This document shows, in pieces, positions 58,565 through 64,000 of a stretch of DNA of 64,000 nt; the first letter of the stretch is position 1; every line of letters starts with the position of its first letter. Both the position numbers and the translations under genes were made by a program. The notes beneath the pieces are model-generated. The model did not search any database, was not told the DNA's origin, and saw only the letters and a program-made list of their open reading frames with translations. This DNA is from Kiritimatiellia bacterium (lineage in GTDB: Bacteria; Verrucomicrobiota; Kiritimatiellia; RFP12; UBA1067), in assembly GCA_045536845.1 (NCBI GenBank), contig JAZSOG010000025.1, positions 159,993-223,992 of the forward strand. The letters run 5' to 3'.

Positions 58565-60238
58565 TTGGAGCAAATCATGACAATTCGCGGATTGCTTGAG
58601 AAGAACGTCGCCGAGAGGCCTGGTCGCAATGCGCTCGTATGGAGCGAGAACAAGACGTGGATGCGTCGCACCTGGCGGGAGTACTTTGCCCGCGTGCGCG
58701 ACGTCGCCGAGGGGTACGGAACGCGCTTCGACCTGAAGCCGCGCGAGGAGAACGTGGCGATCATCCTCGGCAACTCCCCCACCTGGCTCGAGGCATATCT
58801 CGCCCAGTCCGGCGCAGGCGTCTCGGTCGTTCCGCTCGACCCCAAGCTCCACGACGCCGAAGTCGAGTACATTCTCGCGGACTCCGAGGCCGTCGTGGTG
58901 ACGACCGACGTCCACCACCTCAAGATGATGATGGCCCTCGCGCCAAAGCTTCCGAAGCTCAGGGGCATTGTCTGCGTTGACGGCATCATCAACGAGGGGC
59001 AGAACATCGGCAAGGTCAAGGTCGTCGGGTTCGAGAAGCTCCGCATCTCGGGCGGTGGCGCGTGGTATGACGCGCACGTTGCCCGCGAGGATGACGTCGC
59101 CTCGATCATCTACACTTCCGGCACGACTGGCAAGCCCAAGGGCGCGATGCTCACGCACAGGAATTTCATAAGCGACATAGACGGGGCGTTCAAGACTTTC
59201 CACGCGGATGTCGGCGAGAACGACAGCTTCTTTACCGTGCTCCCGCTCTTTCACGCCTTCAGCTTCACGGCGAACTTCCTCGGGCCGCTCTTCGTCGGTT
59301 GCGAGATGCAGTTCGTGGAGTCGATCCGCACCGTTGCGCGCGACATGAAGCTCCTCAAGCCCTCCGTCCTCTGCGCTGTGCCGCTCCTTTGCGAGAAGCT
59401 CTACGACAAGATACAGGAGGGCCTCGATTCCTCGAAGATTGCGCGTACGCTCCTTGCGATAGGCATCAGGGGACCTGTGATGCACATGGTCCTCCAGAAG
59501 CTTGGCGGCAGGCTCCGCTACATGATCACCGGTGGTGCGCCGTGCCCCAAGCACGTCCTCGAGTGCTTTAGGAAGCTTCATGTCAATTTTGTCGAGGGCT
59601 ACGGCCTCACCGAGTGTTCGCCCGTCGTTTCCGTCACGAGCGCCGACTGCTGCAAGGTCGGCACGATCGGCAAGCCGTGTGCGGGGGTCGAAGTTCGTCT
59701 CGCCGAAATGAACGAGGCCGGCGTCGGCGAACTACAGGTGAAGGGCCCGATCGTCATGAAGGGCTACTTCCACAACGAAAAGGCGACGCAGGAGGCGTTC
59801 GACGGCGAGTGGTTCGCGACTGGCGACCTCGCTTCCATCGACGAGGACGGGCTCATCACGATCCGCGGCAGGAAGAAGGCGCTTATCGTCAACCGCGAGG
59901 GCAAGAACATCTACCCAGAAGAGGTCGAGAACATCATCGGCAAGGACCCTGCGATCCAGGACGTCGTTGTCGTCGGCTATACGATGGGCGGCGATCCCGG
60001 CGAGAAGGTGGGCGCAATCGTCTATCCGAACGAGGAGTGGTTCAAGGAGCAGAACGGCGGCGCGCTTCCAGATTGGGCCGAGGTCGAGAAGGCCGCGATC
60101 AAGCGTACGCAGGAGCGTAGCGCCGAGCTCGCCGACTACAAGCGCGTCCGCAAGGTTGTCGTGTGGAAGGAACCCCTTGAGCGCACCTCTATCGGCAAGG
60201 TCCGCCGCGTCGCCTACAAGGGCAATCTGGACGAGTAG
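58565..60238 (+). CDS. long-chain-fatty-acid--CoA ligase (AMP-dependent synthetase)
   Basis: AMP-binding motif IIYTSGTTGKPKGAML; YGLTE; GWFATGDLA; start may be MTIRGLL at 58577. Confidence 0.85.
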   Translation: MEQIMTIRGLLEKNVAERPGRNALVWSENKTWMRRTWREYFARVRDVAEGYGTRFDLKPREENVAIILGNSPTWLEAYLAQSGAGVSVVPLDPKLHDAEVEYILADSEAVVVTTDVHHLKMMMALAPKLPKLRGIVCVDGIINEGQNIGKVKVVGFEKLRISGGGAWYDAHVAREDDVASIIYTSGTTGKPKGAMLTHRNFISDIDGAFKTFHADVGENDSFFTVLPLFHAFSFTANFLGPLFVGCEMQFVESIRTVARDMKLLKPSVLCAVPLLCEKLYDKIQEGLDSSKIARTLLAIGIRGPVMHMVLQKLGGRLRYMITGGAPCPKHVLECFRKLHVNFVEGYGLTECSPVVSVTSADCCKVGTIGKPCAGVEVRLAEMNEAGVGELQVKGPIVMKGYFHNEKATQEAFDGEWFATGDLASIDEDGLITIRGRKKALIVNREGKNIYPEEVENIIGKDPAIQDVVVVGYTMGGDPGEKVGAIVYPNEEWFKEQNGGALPDWAEVEKAAIKRTQERSAELADYKRVRKVVVWKEPLERTSIGKVRRVAYKGNLDE

Positions 60239-60266
60239 TGACTAGTGGCTAGTGACTAGTGGCTAG
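60236..60266 (+). repeat. 14-nt tandem repeat (TAGTGACTAGTGGC)x2+TAG, stop codons in all three + frames
   Basis: TAGTGACTAGTGGCTAGTGACTAGTGGCTAG between acyl-CoA ligase stop and next gene. Confidence 0.8.
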
Positions 60267-60274
60267 AGATTGGT

Positions 60275-61225
60275 GTGAATAGATACTTAATTTGGCTTGA
60301 GTGGCCCGAGAGGTGCTTTCGGGCGAACGACGGGGACCTGAAGCTTTTCAGGTCTCTCGTTCCGAAGGGGAGTCGCGTCGTGCGTGTCAAAAGCGAGTGC
60401 GCGTTCCTGAAGGCGCTCCCGTCTGCGACGCATGCGGTCGTATGGCACTTCAAGAAGGAGTGGTTTGCGAGCGCGCCGAAACTCAAGGTCCTTGCGACGC
60501 CGGCTGCCGGCCGCGAACTCGTCGCGTGGCGTGACGCGCCGAAGGGCGTTAAGGTCCATTTCGGCTCATTCCACGGTCCAATCATCTCCGAAACGGTCCT
60601 CGGCTTCCTTCTCGCGTGGACTCGCGGGTTCTTCTGGAAGGGCCCTATGTGGCCGCGCGAGGAGCTTGCAGAGCATTGTGGCGACCTCGAGGGCACGACG
60701 GCCTTGATTGCCGGCTTTGGGCGCATCGGCCGCGCAATCGCCGAGCGTCTCGAGCCGTTCGGCGTCGAGTGCTTTGGAATCACTCGGCACGGGGTTTTCA
60801 CGCTGGCGGACTTTCATAAGGGACGCCCAACAGCCAAAAAAATCCCCATCCCGCTGCTCCGCCGTGCCGACTGGTTTATCCTCGCGCTACCATCCGACAC
60901 CGGAACCGACGACTTTCTCGACGCGCGGCTTATCCGCCGCCTGCCGAAGAAGTGCGTCGTCGTCAACGTCGGCCGCGGAAACGCAGTGGACGAGGATGCG
61001 CTCCTTGCGGCAATCAAGGAAGGACGGCTCGCCGGCGCCTATCTCGATGTCTTCAAGCACGAACCGACGGCCCTCAATCCTAGGATCGGTCCGCGGGGTA
61101 AGGGACTTGCCGCGGCGAAACGCGTGCCGTGGAACCTCATCCGCATGCCGCATGCCTGCGCCTTCTCGTCGCGGTACATGAAAGAGTGTTTCCGGGAACT
61201 CGCTAGGGAGGGCGTTCTCAGGTGA
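60275..61225 (+). CDS. D-isomer-specific 2-hydroxyacid dehydrogenase family protein
   Basis: NAD-binding GTTALIAGFGRIGRAIAERL; GTG start; stop overlaps tsaE start. Confidence 0.8.
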   Translation: MNRYLIWLEWPERCFRANDGDLKLFRSLVPKGSRVVRVKSECAFLKALPSATHAVVWHFKKEWFASAPKLKVLATPAAGRELVAWRDAPKGVKVHFGSFHGPIISETVLGFLLAWTRGFFWKGPMWPREELAEHCGDLEGTTALIAGFGRIGRAIAERLEPFGVECFGITRHGVFTLADFHKGRPTAKKIPIPLLRRADWFILALPSDTGTDDFLDARLIRRLPKKCVVVNVGRGNAVDEDALLAAIKEGRLAGAYLDVFKHEPTALNPRIGPRGKGLAAAKRVPWNLIRMPHACAFSSRYMKECFRELAREGVLR

Positions 61226-61659
61226 AGGGCGTTTTCGAGGTTTCGAGCGTCGAGGAGACGTGGTCGCTTGCGAAAGAGCTCGCCAAGGAACTTAAGCCAG
61301 GCGACATCGTATGCCTTGAAGGCGACCTTGGCGCTGGCAAGACGACTTTCACGCAGGGGCTCGCTGCCGCGCTTGGGGTGCCAGGGCGCGTGACCTCGCC
61401 CACTTTCTGCATCGTTCAGGAACACCAGTCGCCCGAAGTCTTGCTTGTCCACATGGACCTTTACCGGCTCCATGGCGAGGAGGATGTGGAGGCAATCGGC
61501 TGGGAGGATTATCTCGCAAGGGGAGCCATTTTTGCCATAGAGTGGCCAGAGCGCGCTGGATCGCTGATTCCCCAGGCGGCCAGGCATGTCGGCTTCCACC
61601 ATATGGGGGAAGAAAGGCGTAGAATCTCCATTGACACGGAGGGTAAATTTGCGGTATAA
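61222..61659 (+). CDS. tsaE: tRNA threonylcarbamoyladenosine biosynthesis ATPase TsaE
   Basis: Walker A LEGDLGAGKTTFTQGL, SPTFCIVQEH, 145 aa. Confidence 0.85.
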   Translation: MKGVFEVSSVEETWSLAKELAKELKPGDIVCLEGDLGAGKTTFTQGLAAALGVPGRVTSPTFCIVQEHQSPEVLLVHMDLYRLHGEEDVEAIGWEDYLARGAIFAIEWPERAGSLIPQAARHVGFHHMGEERRRISIDTEGKFAV

Positions 61660-61660
61660 T
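61649..61660 (+). promoter_or_regulatory. -10 promoter TTTGCGGTATAAT, leaderless Wza-like gene (ATG 61670)
   Basis: located inside 3' end of tsaE. Confidence 0.45.
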
Positions 61661-61669
61661 ATACAATAC

Positions 61670-62338
61670 ATGGTTAAACTATGCAAACGAATCGCCGTCT
61701 TGGCGTGTTTCGTCTGTGTGCTTATGTGCGCAGGCGGATGCGAGACTATTGCCAAAATGCTTTCGTCCGACGACCAGCCAGGGTCGGCGGTCGGCCCTGT
61801 TTATTTTGAGCCTCGCGTACGTCCTGGCATCGCCCTTGTTGTAGTTGTCGGCTCTGGTGCGACCCCGCCTGTCAACATGCAGGTCCTTGTCGACCAGAAC
61901 GGCGATATCACGCTTCCGCATCTCCTGCAGTCGCCTGTCGCGTGCGACGGGTTGACGCTCGATGCCCTCAAGCAGAAGCTTGTCAAGCTCTACTCCGAAT
62001 TCTACAAGCAGCCGCAGGTCACGGTTACCTTTGCGCCGTACGACGGCAAGGGCGTGAGCCCGTGGGGAACCGTCACGGTCCTTGGCGAGGTTGCGATGCC
62101 TGGTCCCGTCAACATGCCTTCTACGATGGACCTCACGGTTACGAAGGTTCTCCAGGCCGCTGGCGGTCTGAGGCCGTTCGCAAACAAGTCCAAGATCCGC
62201 GTGAGCCGCTGCGACAAGGACGGCAAGAAGTCGACTTACATCATAGACCTAATCGAAATTGGCGAGAAGGGCAGGATCGAGAAGGACATCGTCCTCCGCG
62301 CCGGCGACGTGGTCTGGGTGCCTGAGACATGGTATTGA
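61670..62338 (+). CDS. Wza-like polysaccharide export lipoprotein (Poly_export + SLBB)
   Basis: Lipobox-like LMCAGGC; GDITLPHL...VTVLGEV...VLQAAGG...AGDVVWVPE motifs; leaderless start 9 nt after TATAAT. Confidence 0.7.
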   Translation: MVKLCKRIAVLACFVCVLMCAGGCETIAKMLSSDDQPGSAVGPVYFEPRVRPGIALVVVVGSGATPPVNMQVLVDQNGDITLPHLLQSPVACDGLTLDALKQKLVKLYSEFYKQPQVTVTFAPYDGKGVSPWGTVTVLGEVAMPGPVNMPSTMDLTVTKVLQAAGGLRPFANKSKIRVSRCDKDGKKSTYIIDLIEIGEKGRIEKDIVLRAGDVVWVPETWY

Positions 62339-62364
62339 TTTCCACAACAATGGGGAGTAAACAA

Positions 62365-63351
62365 ATGAAGAAACTACTGATGGTGGTCACGATGGCGATG
62401 GCGTCTGTGCTGTTCGCTCAAGACAAGACGATGTCGTCAGCTGACGCTCGTGGCAAGATCGGCGACATAATCTCGGATCCTGCGTCCATGACTTCAGTGA
62501 TGAAGCAGCTGGCCGCGGCCGACCAGGCGTCGTTCCTCGCCGATGTCAACGCGGCGATCTCGAAGATGCCCGGCTCCCCCGAGGAGAAGACCTCGAAGTT
62601 TGTTGCCGTGAACTCTGCGGCCCTCAAGGGCGCCCAGAAGGGCAACCTCACCACGCTCGTCGCCGAGGTGTTCGCCACGGTTCCTCCGGAGTCGCTCACT
62701 GCCATCAACGAGCAGTTCGCGGCCGGCATGTTCAACCGTGCGGCTGATCCCTCCAAGACCTACACCGACGAGGAGTACAAGAAGACGTCGCTCGCGCTGC
62801 TCGACAAGGTCCAGGAGCGCAACGCGACCGCCGACAACGCTGGCGTGCGCAACACGTTCGCGATCCTGATGCTCCTCCGCGCGTCCAACGGCAGCCCCGC
62901 CGATCTCCGCGACACGCTCGTCAACGACCTCAAGAACGAGGAGACGAGGAACCTTGCGCAGAACGAGTGGATCTCCCCCGCACTCGGCCAGGGTCAGGAG
63001 AAGACCTATGATCCGATGCTCGGCGCCGCCGATGCCGGCAACCAGCCCAATCTCAACATGGTTCTCGTGGTTCCGCTCAAGTCCGCCGGCGACGCGCTTG
63101 CCGCAGACCTCGCGAGCGAGTGCAGCCTTTCGGACACCTCCTCTTCGATCACTGCTCTCATCGCCCCTGTGTTCGGTGACCAGAACACCCTGGACCTCGC
63201 CGACGGCGTCGATCCCCTGGCGAGCGGCGGTCTTTCGAGGATTCCCCGTACGATGGATCCCAGCGCCAAGTACAATCCCGCCAACAAGCGCGGCTCGACC
63301 ATCGTCGAGACGCCCTATGAGCCGGGTCCGTATGATGGCCAGGACTACTAA
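62365..63351 (+). CDS. secreted hypothetical protein
   Basis: Signal peptide MKKLLMVVTMAMASVLFA; no recognisable domain; Ala/Asp-rich. Confidence 0.45.
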   Translation: MKKLLMVVTMAMASVLFAQDKTMSSADARGKIGDIISDPASMTSVMKQLAAADQASFLADVNAAISKMPGSPEEKTSKFVAVNSAALKGAQKGNLTTLVAEVFATVPPESLTAINEQFAAGMFNRAADPSKTYTDEEYKKTSLALLDKVQERNATADNAGVRNTFAILMLLRASNGSPADLRDTLVNDLKNEETRNLAQNEWISPALGQGQEKTYDPMLGAADAGNQPNLNMVLVVPLKSAGDALAADLASECSLSDTSSSITALIAPVFGDQNTLDLADGVDPLASGGLSRIPRTMDPSAKYNPANKRGSTIVETPYEPGPYDGQDY

Positions 63352-63380
63352 TGATAGTTTGAGAACTGGAGGTAAAAATA

Positions 63381-64000
63381 ATGAACGTTAAGTTTTCAGC
63401 TCTTGCCACGGCGATGGTCGTGTCCGCATCGGTTCTGACCGCGTCTGCTGACGTTGTCGACAGGCCCAGTGGCTTCAAGATTGGCGAGCGCATGACGCTC
63501 CGCCCGTACGTTGCGCTTTCGTACACCTACGACTCCAACGTCGATTCGGCCAAGCATGCCAAGGATGGCTCCACCTGGGTCGTCAACCCTGGCCTCGGCG
63601 CTGAGTACAAGGGCGACAACTGGGAGATCGCTGGCCGTGCGTGGTACAGGTATCATGCCTACAACCGCTACAGCAACCAGCTCAACGAGTCCAGCTTCGG
63701 CGAGAACCTCACGTTCAAGTGGGCTGACTCCCTCCCGAACGAGAAGGGCTGGAGCGTCCTCCTTTCGGAGAGCTTCACCCAGATCGCCCAGGACGACGAC
63801 ATGACCGAGCACAGCGGCAGGGGCATTGGCCGCGACCGCAAGACGTTCCAGGCGGCTGCCATCGTTGAGCGTCGCATCAACGAGCATCTCCATGCTGCTC
63901 TCGATGCCTCCTACTACATGCTCGACTATGACAACGACGTCAAGGAGTACGCGCCGCTCTATGGCTGGAAGCGTGCGCTCGTTGGTGGCGAGATTGGCTA
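63381..64000 (+). CDS. putative outer-membrane beta-barrel protein, 3'-truncated at window edge
   Basis: ATG at 63381 with GGAGG RBS; signal peptide MNVKFSALATAMVVSASVLTASA; aromatic-rich alternating pattern; runs off end. Confidence 0.4.
   Translation, partial: MNVKFSALATAMVVSASVLTASADVVDRPSGFKIGERMTLRPYVALSYTYDSNVDSAKHAKDGSTWVVNPGLGAEYKGDNWEIAGRAWYRYHAYNRYSNQLNESSFGENLTFKWADSLPNEKGWSVLLSESFTQIAQDDDMTEHSGRGIGRDRKTFQAAAIVERRINEHLHAALDASYYMLDYDNDVKEYAPLYGWKRALVGGEIG

Overview
This 64-kb window is a high-GC bacterial chromosomal segment, coded almost entirely on the + strand. The only convincing minus-strand gene is an AraC-family regulator at 4063-4911, and most long minus-strand ORFs in the track look like GC-driven shadow ORFs. 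I could not detect any rRNA, tRNA or CRISPR array by eye. Most content is housekeeping:
- A tightly overlapping nucleotide-handling operon (unknown/macro/PLD-like/YfcE phosphodiesterase/thiamine pyrophosphokinase/maf/queC).
- rnhB, folP, an L,D-transpeptidase, a DnaQ-like exonuclease, a beta-CASP RNase and gpmI.
- rbfA-truB-ribF, purA and uppS-cdsA-capD-fabZ.
- nifJ (single-chain PFOR), a GH95 fucosidase and fusA.
- yceD-rpmF-plsX-leuS, rpoZ-smpB, secY, fabG, an acyl-CoA synthetase, tsaE and a Wza-like polysaccharide export locus.
Many of these genes are preceded by a strikingly uniform extended -10 promoter, TTT(T)GGTATAAT, several of them 6-11 nt from the start codon (leaderless mRNAs).
The most unusual region is a ~5.7-kb, visibly lower-GC island at about 20.6-26.3 kb, between ribF and a phosphomannomutase gene:
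- It is bounded by ~125-nt imperfect direct repeats, each carrying a TTGATT-18nt-TATAAT promoter, a conserved leader peptide MRNV(E/K)ENIG..KK.N.KGVSP and a GGGGTGTCTCCCC hairpin.
- Inside are paralogous terminator-promoter-leader cassettes driving unrelated membrane proteins.
- It also holds an IS200-like (HuH/Y1, RAYT-like) transposase flanked by inverted copies of the same hairpin, and a (GGGACATTG)n microsatellite.
Other candidates are listed here:
- A radical-SAM/SPASM maturase translationally coupled to a 346-aa secreted Cys-containing protein, next to a VapBC module.
- An IscU/NifU-like plus GGGtGRT-family gene pair.
- A possible divergent sigma/anti-sigma-like pair.
- A degenerate ThyX-like protein with a Cys-rich tail.
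- A CdsA homologue lacking the conserved His/Arg.
- A ~530-nt GC-rich structured noncoding region between two intrinsic terminators.
Protein identifications are from motif recognition by eye and need HMM/BLAST confirmation.
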